From: an uncultured Gammaproteobacteria bacterium
GTDB lineage: Bacteria > Patescibacteriota > Patescibacteriia > UBA1558 > GWA2-36-10
Direction: 5' to 3'
DNA length: 64,000 nucleotides
Assembly (NCBI GenBank): GCA_964633905.1
Contig: CAZWIT010000001.1
Location: 65,535 to 129,534 of the forward strand
Of the stretch, positions 1 to 9,323 are shown in pieces. Position 1 is the stretch's first letter. Each line of letters begins with the position of its first letter. A program made the position numbers and the translations under genes. Under the pieces are notes generated by a model. The model was given only the letters and a program-made list of their open reading frames with translations. It searched no databases and was not told the origin of the DNA.

Positions 1-211
1 TAAAAAAGAAAAAACCGCAGTTTCAGAAGCCAGAAAGATGAAAGTGCCGGTCATTGCTTTGACTGATACCAATGTTAATCCCGAATTAGTAGATTATGCT
101 ATTCCGGCTAATGATGATGCCGTAAAATCAATTGAAGTTATTACTAATTTAGTAGCTGCTACTATCAAAGAAGCAAAAGCTGCTAGAACTCTTGCTACTC
201 CCACTAAATAA
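1..211 (+). CDS. rpsB: 30S ribosomal protein S2, C-terminal fragment (5' end lies outside the window)
   Basis: In-frame ORF ending at TAA 209-211 immediately upstream of tsf. Conserved rpsB-tsf gene order. C-terminal S2-like sequence (…LTDTNVNPELVDYAIPANDDAVKSIEVI…). Confidence 0.7.
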   Translation, partial: KKEKTAVSEARKMKVPVIALTDTNVNPELVDYAIPANDDAVKSIEVITNLVAATIKEAKAARTLATPTK

Positions 212-236
212 GATTAACAATCTCAAAAATAAAATT

Positions 237-1013
237 ATGCCAAATTTAGAATTAGTTAAAAAAATTAGAAATATTACCGGTGCCGGCATGTCGGACATTA
301 ACAAGGCTTTAACTGAAGCTGAAGGTGATGAAACTAAGGCGATTGAAATTTTAAGAAAAAGCGGACAAAAGATTGCTGCTAAAAAAGCTGATCGTGCTAT
401 TAATGAAGGAGCGATTGCTTTAGCGCAAGTTGCTAATAAGATTGCTGTAGTTGGGCTTGGTTGTGAAACTGATTTTGTTGCTCAAAACCAAGATTTTATT
501 GATACGGTAAATTCTTTAGCTCAAGAATTAATGCAAACTGGCAAAGAAGCTTTTGTGGAATCGGCTAATCACAAAATTCAAAATGAACTGATTGTTAAGA
601 TTGGTGAAAATTTACAACTGGCTAATTTTGATTTAATTGAAGGCAGTATTTTAGGCAGCTATCTGCACTCTAATAAAAAAGTGGCAGCCGTGGTAGTTTT
701 GGCCAGTGGCAGTGCAGAACTTGCTAAGGACATTGCTATGCATATTGCTGCTATGGCACCAAAATATTTACGTCCCGAAGATGTGCCAGCTGAAATTGTA
801 GCCAAAGAAAAAGAAATCTATACTGAGCAGTTAAAAACGGAAGGCAAGCCAGAAGCCATGTGGGATAAGATTTTGCCTGGAAAACTAGCTAAATTTTATA
901 GCGAAGTTTGTTTATTAAAACAGCCTTATATTAAAGAAGATAAACAAACGATTGAACAATTATTATCTGCTAATAAAGCAGTTCTAGAAAAATATTATTA
1001 TTTCTCATTATAA
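237..1013 (+). CDS. tsf: Elongation factor Ts
   Basis: The ORF-track ORF begins at 192; the likely true start is ATG 237 (MPNLELVKKIRNITGAGMSDINKALTEA…). UBA-like N-terminus and EF-Ts core motifs are present, and the gene follows rpsB. Confidence 0.9.
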   Translation: MPNLELVKKIRNITGAGMSDINKALTEAEGDETKAIEILRKSGQKIAAKKADRAINEGAIALAQVANKIAVVGLGCETDFVAQNQDFIDTVNSLAQELMQTGKEAFVESANHKIQNELIVKIGENLQLANFDLIEGSILGSYLHSNKKVAAVVVLASGSAELAKDIAMHIAAMAPKYLRPEDVPAEIVAKEKEIYTEQLKTEGKPEAMWDKILPGKLAKFYSEVCLLKQPYIKEDKQTIEQLLSANKAVLEKYYYFSL

Positions 1014-1116
1014 AATAAATTTAAAAAACCACTCTGTTTATTAGGGTGGTTTTTGTTTACCCTTGTTATTATCGATGTTATTTGCCATAATGTTAGTGCT
1101 AAATAACATATATATG

Positions 1117-1944
1117 CGCATTGCTAAAATACAATTACATAAACTAGATAAAGACTATTATTTTTTACCAGAATTTTCTACTAATAATGCCCAAGCTCAA
1201 GTTGGGCAGATGGTAGTAGTAAATACTCCTTTAGGTGAGGACATTGGTAAGATTATTTTTATTGGTGAAAATGATAATCAAGATTTAGATCCAAAAGAAG
1301 AATTGAGTTCTTTATTGCGCCCAGCTAGTAGTAAGGAATTGGAGCAGCTGAAAGAGAATGAAAAAAATTATCCTCATTATTTGAAGGTGTGCCGCCAGCT
1401 ACTCGAACAAAGTAAACTCAAAGAAATGAAGTTAATTGAAGTAGCTGAATCTTTTGATTCTAGTCGTTTAACTTTTTATTTTATTGCTAATACCAGAGTA
1501 GATTTTCGAGATTTGGTTAAAGGCTTGGTGTCTAATTTTCATAAAAAAATTAGATTACAGCAGATTGGTGTTAGAGATGCAGCTAAAGCCGAGGGCGATT
1601 TTGGTCCTTGTGGACTTAATCTTTGTTGTCGTTCTTGGTTGCATACCTTGGGCAATGTTAATCCTGACTTAATCAAGAATCAGTCTTTATCACATCGAGG
1701 TTCAGATCGTTTGACTGGTGTTTGTGGTCGCTTGAAGTGCTGCTTGCGCTTTGAAGATGAAAGTGATCGTTGGACAGATGGTAAGGTGCCACAAGTAGGT
1801 GATAATATGAAAATTAAAATTGGTAGTGGTAAAGTGGTAGCTGTTCATCCTGAAAAATTAACAGTTGATTTAGAGATTAATGGCGATATTGTGGAATATC
1901 CTTATACCGAAGGTAATCAATGTAAAGTAGCAAAAAGTAAATAA
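1117..1944 (+). CDS. PSP1 C-terminal domain protein (YaaT/RicT-like)
   Basis: Conserved PSP1 block: RLTFYFIANTRVDFRDLVKGLVSNFHKKIRLQQIGVRD…CGRLKCCLRFE with cysteine cluster. The likely start is Met MRIAKIQ (1117), not the track start 1063. Confidence 0.75.
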   Translation, partial: RIAKIQLHKLDKDYYFLPEFSTNNAQAQVGQMVVVNTPLGEDIGKIIFIGENDNQDLDPKEELSSLLRPASSKELEQLKENEKNYPHYLKVCRQLLEQSKLKEMKLIEVAESFDSSRLTFYFIANTRVDFRDLVKGLVSNFHKKIRLQQIGVRDAAKAEGDFGPCGLNLCCRSWLHTLGNVNPDLIKNQSLSHRGSDRLTGVCGRLKCCLRFEDESDRWTDGKVPQVGDNMKIKIGSGKVVAVHPEKLTVDLEINGDIVEYPYTEGNQCKVAKSK

Positions 1945-1977
1945 ATTTGTTATACTATTAGAGTAAAAATAAAAAAT

Positions 1978-2982
1978 ATGGCAAAAAAAACAATCAAAGT
2001 AGCAATTAATGGTTTTGGTCGCATTGGCCGAGCCGCTTTTAAAATAATGCAAGAATCACGTCGTTATCAGGTAGTAGCGATTAATGACTTAGCACCAGCA
2101 GATACCCTTGCTTATTTATTGAAATACGATACAGTTTATGGCCGTTATGATAAGAAAATTTCCGTAGTAGCAGGTAATATTATTGTTAATGGTAAAAAAT
2201 ATTTAGTAACAGCTATTCCTGAGCCAAAAAAATTACCTTGGAAAAAATTAGGCGTAGATGTAGTTTTAGAATGCACGGGTAGATTTGTCAAAGGCGATGA
2301 AGCCATTGACCATATTAAAGCTGGTGCTAAAAAAGTAATTTTATCTGCTCCAGCTAAAGGCGGTAGCACGGAAACTTTTTTATTGGGAGTTAATGAACAT
2401 AAGTATGCTGGCCAAAAAATAATTTCTAATGCTTCTTGTACTACTAATTGTATCGCACCAGTAGCGCAAATCATGGTTGATAAATTTGGGGTGGAAAAAG
2501 CCATGATGACCACAATTCACTCTTTTACAGCTGATCAAAAATTAGTTGACAGTCCTCACAAAGATGCTCGGCGTGGTCGGACAGCTAGTCAAAATATTGT
2601 GCCAACTTCAACGGGCGCGGCTATTTCTACTGGCCAAGTAATTCCGGAAATGGAAGGTTTATTTGATGGCTTATCAATTAGAGTCCCAACCCCAGTAGTA
2701 TCTTTAGCTGATTTTACTTTTGTTTTGAAAAAAAATGTGACAGCTGAAGAGGTTAACCGAGCTTTAAGTCGGGCGGCTAATATGCCTAGATTTAAAGGTA
2801 TTTTAGGAGTTACCGATGAAGCAGTGGTTTCCTCTGATTTTATTAAAGATTCAAGAAGTTCAATTGTTGATTTATCTCTGACTAAAGTAGTAGGTGGTAA
2901 TATGGTAAAAATTATTGCTTGGTATGATAATGAATGGGCTTATTCTAATCGTTTGGTGGAAATGATTGGGCAAATTCAATAA
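1978..2982 (+). CDS. gap: Glyceraldehyde-3-phosphate dehydrogenase
   Basis: NGFGRIGR Rossmann motif, active-site SCTTNC and the length (334 aa) are all diagnostic. Confidence 0.95.
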   Translation: MAKKTIKVAINGFGRIGRAAFKIMQESRRYQVVAINDLAPADTLAYLLKYDTVYGRYDKKISVVAGNIIVNGKKYLVTAIPEPKKLPWKKLGVDVVLECTGRFVKGDEAIDHIKAGAKKVILSAPAKGGSTETFLLGVNEHKYAGQKIISNASCTTNCIAPVAQIMVDKFGVEKAMMTTIHSFTADQKLVDSPHKDARRGRTASQNIVPTSTGAAISTGQVIPEMEGLFDGLSIRVPTPVVSLADFTFVLKKNVTAEEVNRALSRAANMPRFKGILGVTDEAVVSSDFIKDSRSSIVDLSLTKVVGGNMVKIIAWYDNEWAYSNRLVEMIGQIQ

Positions 2983-3057
2983 AATAAATAAAAATCGCCT
3001 ATTAGGCGATTTTTTGTTATAATTTATTGGTAAGTATTTATTTTAAAATTTTAAATT

Positions 3058-3744
3058 ATGGTAAAAGTTAAAAAAGTAGTGGCTTCTTTACGAGAAATTG
3101 TTTTTGGTTTGGAAGATGGTATGGTATCTACTCTGGGTGCAATCACCGGTATTGGTATTGGCAGTAATAATCATTATGTGATTATTTTGTCTGGCTTGGT
3201 AATTATTTCAGTAGAGTCTGTTTCTATGGCAGTTGGTGCATATCTAGCTAATCGTTCAGTAATCGAAGTAGAAAAAAGAGAAATCAAACAAGAAAAAGAA
3301 GAGGTGAACAGTAAGCCTAGACAGGAGCGTCATGAGCTAGAACATATTTATCGTCAGTTAGGTTGGCCAGCAAAACTAGCTACTGATATGGCGCAAGTGG
3401 CTAGTAAAAATAAGAAATTATTTTTAGAAGAGATGATTAGTCATGAATTGCGTTTGCCTTTGCGCCCTAAAGATCATTCTTTGCTTTCGGCTTTTTTTAT
3501 GTTTATTTCTTATATTTTAGGAGGACTAATACCACTATTTCCTTATTTTTTTTGGTCTAATTATCTAGCGATGTTTTTGTCTATTATTTTTACTATGCTC
3601 GGTTTATTTATGTTAGGAATTTGGACAACTAGAATTACTGGCCAGAGTTGGTGGAAAGTTGGTATGCGCATGATTTTATTAGGGGGAGTAGCCATAATTA
3701 TTGGTTGGTTAGTAGGGCGGTTGTCACCACTAGCCATTGGATGA
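3058..3744 (+). CDS. VIT1/CCC1-family membrane protein (putative iron/manganese transporter)
   Basis: N-terminal FGLEDGMVSTLGAITGIG motif typical of the VIT family. C-terminal TM helices. Confidence 0.7.
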   Translation: MVKVKKVVASLREIVFGLEDGMVSTLGAITGIGIGSNNHYVIILSGLVIISVESVSMAVGAYLANRSVIEVEKREIKQEKEEVNSKPRQERHELEHIYRQLGWPAKLATDMAQVASKNKKLFLEEMISHELRLPLRPKDHSLLSAFFMFISYILGGLIPLFPYFFWSNYLAMFLSIIFTMLGLFMLGIWTTRITGQSWWKVGMRMILLGGVAIIIGWLVGRLSPLAIG

Positions 3745-3756
3745 TAAGATAAGCCT

Positions 3757-5139
3757 ATGCCAATTTATTTTTATAATAGTTTAAGTAAGAAAAAAGAAGA
3801 GTTTAAGCCCATCAAAAAAGGGCAAGTTGGTTTGTATACTTGCGGACCAACGGTTTATAGTTATCCGCATATTGGTAATTTTGTGCCTTATATTTATTGG
3901 GATGTTTTAAAGCGTTTTTTAATATCACAAAAATATAAAGTTAAGCACATAATGAATATTACTGATGTTGGTCATTTAGTTTCGGATGGTGATGAGGGTG
4001 AAGATAAGATGGAAAAGGCCAAAAAAATAGAGAGTAAAACTGCTTGGGAAATTGCTGATTATTATCTTAATATTTTTGAAAGTGATGCTAATAAATTAAA
4101 TATTTTAGCACCAACTAAAACTTTACGTGCTACCAAAACTATCAAAGAGCAAATAGATTTTGTAAAAATTTTGGATAGTAAAGGATTTTTGTATAAGACT
4201 AGTGATGGTATGTATTTTGATACTAGTAAGATTGATGACTATGGCGTACTGGCTAATTTGCAAAATGTAGATTTACAAGAAGGGGCGCGGGTAGAAAAAA
4301 ATAAAGAGAAAAAAAATCCTACTGATTTTGCGGTATGGAAATTTTCGCCTAAAGACAGTCAACGTGATATGGAGTGGGATAGTCCTTGGGGCAATGGTTT
4401 TCCGGGTTGGCATCTAGAATGTTCGGTTATGAGTCGGATGACTTTGGGCGATACTTTTGATATTCATACGGGTGGTATGGATCATTTGACTGTGCACCAT
4501 CCTAATGAAATGGCGCAATCAGAAGCAGTGACAGGCAAATTGCAAGCCAATTTTTGGTTGCATAATGCTTTTATGAAATTTGATAATCAAAAGATGTCCA
4601 AATCTCTTGGTAATATTATGACTTTAACTAATTTAGAGGCTAAGCAGATTTCACCTTTAGCTTATCGTTTTTTACTTTTGCAAAATAACTATCGTACGCC
4701 TTTAAATTTTTCTTGGGAATCGCTTATGGCTGCTCAGACTGGCTTGATTAATATTATTAAGACAATTGCTTTTTTAGATAAGGCTACTAAGCCCAGTAAA
4801 AAAGTTATGGCCGATTTTTATGAAGCCTTAGCGGATGATTTAAATACTGCTAAAGCTTTAGCAGTATTACAAAGTTTATTAACAAGTTCCGAAAGCAGTG
4901 GTGTAAAATTGGCTACAGTTTTTAAGATGGATGAAGTCTTAGGCTTAGACCTAAAGGAATATCAAAAGCAAGCTTTGCAAATACCAGTACTAGCTAAAGC
5001 TTTGTTAAAGCAAAGAATTTTAGCTAGACAAAATAAAGATTATCAGCAAGCTGACCAGCTTAGAAAAGATTTACAGAGTTTGGGCGTAGAAGTGCAAGAT
5101 ACAAGTAAAGGGCAGCAAGCAATTAATATTAAATTTTAA
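3757..5139 (+). CDS. cysS: Cysteinyl-tRNA synthetase
   Basis: Class I HIGH-like (HIGNFVPY) and KMSKS (KMSKSLGN) motifs. Zn-binding CGPTVY. 460 aa. Confidence 0.95.
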   Translation: MPIYFYNSLSKKKEEFKPIKKGQVGLYTCGPTVYSYPHIGNFVPYIYWDVLKRFLISQKYKVKHIMNITDVGHLVSDGDEGEDKMEKAKKIESKTAWEIADYYLNIFESDANKLNILAPTKTLRATKTIKEQIDFVKILDSKGFLYKTSDGMYFDTSKIDDYGVLANLQNVDLQEGARVEKNKEKKNPTDFAVWKFSPKDSQRDMEWDSPWGNGFPGWHLECSVMSRMTLGDTFDIHTGGMDHLTVHHPNEMAQSEAVTGKLQANFWLHNAFMKFDNQKMSKSLGNIMTLTNLEAKQISPLAYRFLLLQNNYRTPLNFSWESLMAAQTGLINIIKTIAFLDKATKPSKKVMADFYEALADDLNTAKALAVLQSLLTSSESSGVKLATVFKMDEVLGLDLKEYQKQALQIPVLAKALLKQRILARQNKDYQQADQLRKDLQSLGVEVQDTSKGQQAINIKF

Positions 5140-5295
5140 ATAAAAAAAACAGCTCAGCTTTTCCTTAAAAACTGGGCTTTTTTGTGTACAATTTTTATAT
5201 TGACAAAAATTATAGGAGTGCTAGCATATAGGCTTATCTAGCATAAAGGATGCTAAGTTCTTCGGAAGTAGTATCAAGGGGGTATAGGCAATTTG

Positions 5296-5370
5296 CCGCG
5301 CGTAGCTCAGCTGGACAGAGCACTCTCATTACGAAGAGAGAGGTCGGAGGTTCAAGTCCTTCCGCGTGCC
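5296..5370 (+). tRNA. tRNA, probably Val (anticodon TAC)
   Basis: Cloverleaf: D-arm GCTCAGCTGGACAGAGC, T-arm GGAGGTTCAAGTCCTTC, anticodon region CTCTC-ATTACGA(A)-GAGAG resembling E. coli tRNA-Val(UAC). The anticodon loop appears to be 8 nt and the acceptor stem has a mismatch, so it needs a tRNAscan check. It overlaps a spurious ORF 5250..5876. Confidence 0.6.
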
Positions 5371-5372
5371 CC

Positions 5373-5420
5373 CGGGCTCGCTGGCGTAAAAAAACGTCAG
5401 CGAGCCCTTTATTTTTGACA
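5373..5420 (+). terminator. Rho-independent terminator after the tRNA
   Basis: GGGCTCGCTGGCG-taaaaaaa-CGTCAGCGAGCCC stem followed by TTTATTTTT. Confidence 0.7.
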
Positions 5421-5504
5421 AAAATTTTTAATTATGTTAATTTTGCTTGTCGATTGTTATTTGTAAATTCCTTACTATTAGTCTCAAAACAAGGGAGGGT
5501 AAGC

Positions 5505-5876
5505 ATGTCTTTTGAATTGAAGATGGGCTTGTTTACATTAGCCATACTACTATTTACCTTAGGTTTATTGGTAATTTTGCGTATTAAATATCGGCGCGAT
5601 CGGCGTCCTTTTCGGGCGCGCCAAAGAGCAATGACTTTTACTTCTGCAACTTGGAAAATCTATGAAATCAAGATTTCTAGGATTTTTATTACAGCGACGA
5701 TTCGCTTGGCACATAATCCTAGTTTGCGTTGTGAAGAGTTGGAGTTTGCTTTGGATCATCCTGATACTAAGCTTTTGCGGCAAAAGATGGCTTTAGAACT
5801 AATTAATTTTACACATACCGATGAGGCAGTAAGTAAGGATTTATCCAAGCGCAGTAGCTATCTGCGCGTAGCTTGA
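5505..5876 (+). CDS. Small membrane-anchored basic protein, unknown function (SD-bearing cassette)
   Basis: Strong SD AAGGGAGGG 6 nt before ATG 5505, which is unusual for this genome. One TM helix then an Arg-rich region. Own promoter-like TTGACA(5423)-17-TAATTT and terminator at 5898-5930. The ORF-track ORF 5250..5876 is an artefactual 5' extension through the tRNA. Confidence 0.5.
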   Translation: MSFELKMGLFTLAILLFTLGLLVILRIKYRRDRRPFRARQRAMTFTSATWKIYEIKISRIFITATIRLAHNPSLRCEELEFALDHPDTKLLRQKMALELINFTHTDEAVSKDLSKRSSYLRVA

Positions 5877-5895
5877 TTGTTACTCAATTTTTTGG

Positions 5896-5935
5896 ACCCT
5901 AGTGGTAGTGCTAGGGTTTTTTATTTTAGCTAATA
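5896..5935 (+). terminator. Intrinsic terminator
   Basis: GACCCTAGTGGTAGTGCTAGGGTTTTTTATTTT hairpin plus T-run. Confidence 0.6.
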
Positions 5936-6006
5936 TATTTTGACTGAAAAAATATTTTGTAGTATTATTCACATAATATCAAACAAAATCTTATTATCAA
6001 CAAGTT

Positions 6007-7050
6007 ATGTCAAAACAAGAAAATTCAGCAAAAAAGGAGCGTATTTTAACTGGCATGCGACCAACTGGCAGTCTGCACCTGGGACATTATGTTGGCGCTT
6101 TAGAAAATTGGATTAAATTGCAGAATGAGTATGACTGTCATTTTTTGATTGCTGATTATCAAGCCTTTGGTGATTATGCGGATAATATTTCTAAAATCAG
6201 AGATTCGGTTATCCAAGTAACAATAGATTGGTTGTCAGTTGGTTTGGATCCAAATAAAAATACTTTTGTTATTCAAAGCTATGTGCCAGAACACGCAGAG
6301 CTAGCCATGCTTTTGAGTATGATTACTCCTAGGGTATTAATTGATCGTAATCCAACTTTAAAAGACGAATCAGCTTTACAAAAAGATATTTCTTTAGGTT
6401 TTTATAATTATCCGGCTAGCCAAGCGGCTGATATACTTTTACCAAAAGCAAATTTAGTGCCAGTAGGCGAGGATCAGTTGCCTCACATTGAGCTTACTCG
6501 GGAAATTGCTAGAAGATTTAATCGTATGTACGGCGAAATTTTTCCTTTGCCCAAAGCTTTAGTAGGTAGGGTGCCGCGTTTAATAGGGATTGATGGTAAG
6601 GCTAAGATGAGTAAGAGTTTGGGTAATTGTATTTATTTGTCAGATAGTGCTGATTTGGTCGAGAAAAAAGTCAAAAAAATGTACACTGATCCAACTAGAC
6701 TTAAAGCCACTGATCCAGGTCATATTGAGGGTAATGTAGTTTTTACTTATTTAGACGCTTTTTATCATGACAAAACAGAGCTTGATAATTTAAAGAAAGA
6801 ATATCGGGCTGGTAAGCTAGGCGATGCTCAAGTAAAGAGTCTTTTGACAGGAATATTAAATAATTTTTTGGAGCCAATTAGAGAAAAAAGAGCTTTTTAT
6901 CAAGCTCATCCAGAAATGATTAAAGATGCCTTAATTGAAGGTACGCAAAAAAATAAAAAATTAGCAGCAACTACCATGGCCGAAGTTAAAGAAGCTATGA
7001 AAATAACAGCTTACGAAGACATTAAAAATATTAAAAAAATAATTTTATAA
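6007..7050 (+). CDS. trpS: Tryptophanyl-tRNA synthetase (housekeeping copy)
   Basis: TGSLHLGHYVGAL (HIGH-like) and KMSKSLGN motifs. AT-rich native codon usage. No SD. Confidence 0.95.
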   Translation: MSKQENSAKKERILTGMRPTGSLHLGHYVGALENWIKLQNEYDCHFLIADYQAFGDYADNISKIRDSVIQVTIDWLSVGLDPNKNTFVIQSYVPEHAELAMLLSMITPRVLIDRNPTLKDESALQKDISLGFYNYPASQAADILLPKANLVPVGEDQLPHIELTREIARRFNRMYGEIFPLPKALVGRVPRLIGIDGKAKMSKSLGNCIYLSDSADLVEKKVKKMYTDPTRLKATDPGHIEGNVVFTYLDAFYHDKTELDNLKKEYRAGKLGDAQVKSLLTGILNNFLEPIREKRAFYQAHPEMIKDALIEGTQKNKKLAATTMAEVKEAMKITAYEDIKNIKKIIL

Positions 7051-7059
7051 ATTATAAAA

Positions 7060-7106
7060 AGAGTCCACCTCCGCCGTTTGGCGGATGGCGGACTCTTTTT
7101 TGGTTG
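7060..7106 (+). terminator. Intrinsic terminator after trpS
   Basis: GAGTCCACCTCCGCC-GTTT-GGCGGATGGCGGACTC followed by TTTTTT. Confidence 0.7.
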
Positions 7107-7213
7107 ACATTATTGTCTATTTTTTATAATCTATATTTAGTTTTATATGATCTTTAACATATATATATTTTGTTTTTTGTGGGGCTGGCACAAAAGAGAA
7201 AGGTAGGTGCTCC

Positions 7214-8356
7214 ATGGTTGGTGTAGATAGAGAAAGGTTAATTAATTTATTTTTTGATCTAGTTAGGATAAAAAGTCCTTCTGGCGAAGAGAGGGAGTTA
7301 GCTGTATTTATTTCAAATCTGTTGGAGCAATTGGATTTTTCGGTTACCAGTGATGCTTATGGGAATATTGTAGCCAAGCTTGCAGGCATTGGCGAGTCAA
7401 TAGTATTGTGTAGTCACATGGATACTGTGCCTATTGGTGGTGATTTTATTAGGCCGCAGATTGTTGATGGAAATAAGATTACTAGTGATGGTAATACTAT
7501 TTTAGGTGCGGATAACAAAGACTCGATAGCTGCTATTTTTGAAAGTATTTTTTTGGCTAGAGAAAATAAGTTATCTCATAGGCCAATAGAGCTAGTTTTT
7601 ACTAGGCAGGAAGAGTTGATTTCTCTTGGTGCTAAACAGCTAGATATGTCACTTATTTCTGGAAAGAATTGTATTATTTCAGATAATGCCGCGCCCTATG
7701 GCTTGATTACTTTAGGTGCGCCATATAATTATAGATTTAATATTGTGATCAATGGTAAGCGTTCTCATGTTAAAGAGCCAGAGCGTGGGGTTGATGTTTT
7801 TAAGATTTTGGCTAGGGCGATCGCTGTAGAAGGGTTACCCTTGGGCAGAATTGATGATTGGACTACTTCTAATTTAGCTCAGGGCTTTCTTGGTTTGGAT
7901 GGAGAGATAACTAAGGCAGATTTGAAGGTAGAAAATTTGTCAGACTATCCTAGAAATACTGTGCCAGACATTTGTTGCCTATTTGGAGAATTAAGAAGTT
8001 TAAAAGTTGAATCTTTGAAATTAGCTACAGATAATATTCGTATAGCCTTAGAAAAAGCAACAGCTTTTTATGGTGGCACCATTGATTTCCAGATTAATTC
8101 CGTAGCTGACGGATATTTGTATGATAAAGAAGATCCTCTAGTTGTTGAGATTGTATCCATTTTTAAAGATCAAAATATCGAGCCTCGATTTTTTGAATCA
8201 GTTGGCGGATCTGATGCCAATGTTTTAATTCATAAAGGCCTTAAGACCGTAGTCATTAGTTCGGCACATAGAGATAACCACAAAAAGACAGAATTTGTTT
8301 TGATAGATGAACTTGTATTGTTAGCAGATTTTTATTTGCGCGTAATATGCTCTTAA
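7214..8356 (+). CDS. M20-family metallopeptidase (ArgE/DapE/PepT-like)
   Basis: N-terminal LVRIKSPSGEE…, HMDTVP metal-binding motif, overall M20 architecture. Upstream TTGACA(7104)-TATAAT promoter. Confidence 0.75.
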   Translation: MVGVDRERLINLFFDLVRIKSPSGEERELAVFISNLLEQLDFSVTSDAYGNIVAKLAGIGESIVLCSHMDTVPIGGDFIRPQIVDGNKITSDGNTILGADNKDSIAAIFESIFLARENKLSHRPIELVFTRQEELISLGAKQLDMSLISGKNCIISDNAAPYGLITLGAPYNYRFNIVINGKRSHVKEPERGVDVFKILARAIAVEGLPLGRIDDWTTSNLAQGFLGLDGEITKADLKVENLSDYPRNTVPDICCLFGELRSLKVESLKLATDNIRIALEKATAFYGGTIDFQINSVADGYLYDKEDPLVVEIVSIFKDQNIEPRFFESVGGSDANVLIHKGLKTVVISSAHRDNHKKTEFVLIDELVLLADFYLRVICS

Positions 8357-8413
8357 CAATATAATTAAGCTATTTTTTGAAAAACCGATGTGATATCACA
8401 TCGGTTATTATAT

Positions 8414-9226
8414 TTAAGTAATTTTATTAATTATTTTTTTTACTTTATTTTTGGAAATTCTTTGTTGCCAGCCTTTGACGTTGATTTCATTATTTTTATT
8501 ATTACCTTCTTTTAGAGAAGTGCTGACAATAACTCCATTAGCATATTGTAATAATGTTTTAATATTTTTATGGTCAGCTCCGCTACCGATAAATATTGGG
8601 AAATTACCAACGCTATTTCTTAATTTTTTTAACTCATCAAGATTAGGCGCTTGGCCAGTCCAATTGCCAGTAATAATTAAAGCATCAGAGCCGCTCTTAA
8701 TTGCCATTTTTGCAGATTGATATAAATTGTATTTTGATAATATTTTTGAGTGCTTAACGTGAATATCGGTAAAAAGTAAAATATTATTTGCTTTTAATTG
8801 TTGGCGGTATTTAACAGCTTGTTTATATACAGGCTCAACTAAACCGCAACTGGTACGAACTTTATCTACAAATACAGGTATTCTAATAAATTTTAAATCT
8901 AAAGTTTTGGCAATGCTTAAGCTTGTTTTATAGTCATTCCACAGGGTGCTAATGCCGATTGGTAATGTGCTTTGTTTTTTAATTTTTTCTCCTAAATAAG
9001 TCATGGCGACAATAGTTTCAGGGTTTACCATTATTTGGTGGGGGATATCGTAATTATTTTCAAAAATAACAGCATCAACTCCACCATCACTAAAGGCTTT
9101 AAGATCACTTAAGGCATTCTGGCTAGCGATTTTAAAACCAGGGAAATCAGGATAAGCTAAAAGTGGGGGAAAATGCAGAGCCCCAATGATAATATTTTTA
9201 TTTTTTTTGAATATTTTTTTTAACAT
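8414..9226 (-). CDS. BtpA/SgcQ-family TIM-barrel protein
   Basis: Start MLKKIFKKNKNIIIGALHFPPLLAYPDFPGFK… is typical of the BtpA family (PF03437). Native AT-rich composition. Confidence 0.75.
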   Translation of the reverse strand: MLKKIFKKNKNIIIGALHFPPLLAYPDFPGFKIASQNALSDLKAFSDGGVDAVIFENNYDIPHQIMVNPETIVAMTYLGEKIKKQSTLPIGISTLWNDYKTSLSIAKTLDLKFIRIPVFVDKVRTSCGLVEPVYKQAVKYRQQLKANNILLFTDIHVKHSKILSKYNLYQSAKMAIKSGSDALIITGNWTGQAPNLDELKKLRNSVGNFPIFIGSGADHKNIKTLLQYANGVIVSTSLKEGNNKNNEINVKGWQQRISKNKVKKIINKIT

Positions 9227-9278
9227 AATTTATTATTTATAATAATAGCATAAAATTTAAAATGTATATATATTTAAA

Positions 9279-9308
9279 TGCGCTAGGCAAGTGTGAACTT
9301 GCCTAGCG
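9279..9308. terminator. Perfect 12-bp stem hairpin between convergent/tandem minus-strand genes
   Basis: GCGCTAGGCAAG-TGTGAA-CTTGCCTAGCGC. Lies just downstream (on the minus strand) of the TrpD-like gene stop. Confidence 0.6.
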
Positions 9309-9323
9309 CATTGTATCACAATC

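Noticed and set aside
5250-5876. Long ORF-track ORF (208 aa) running through the tRNA at 5296-5370
   Set aside because: Its 5' 85 codons are translation of tRNA and terminator sequence. The real gene starts at the SD-preceded ATG 5505.
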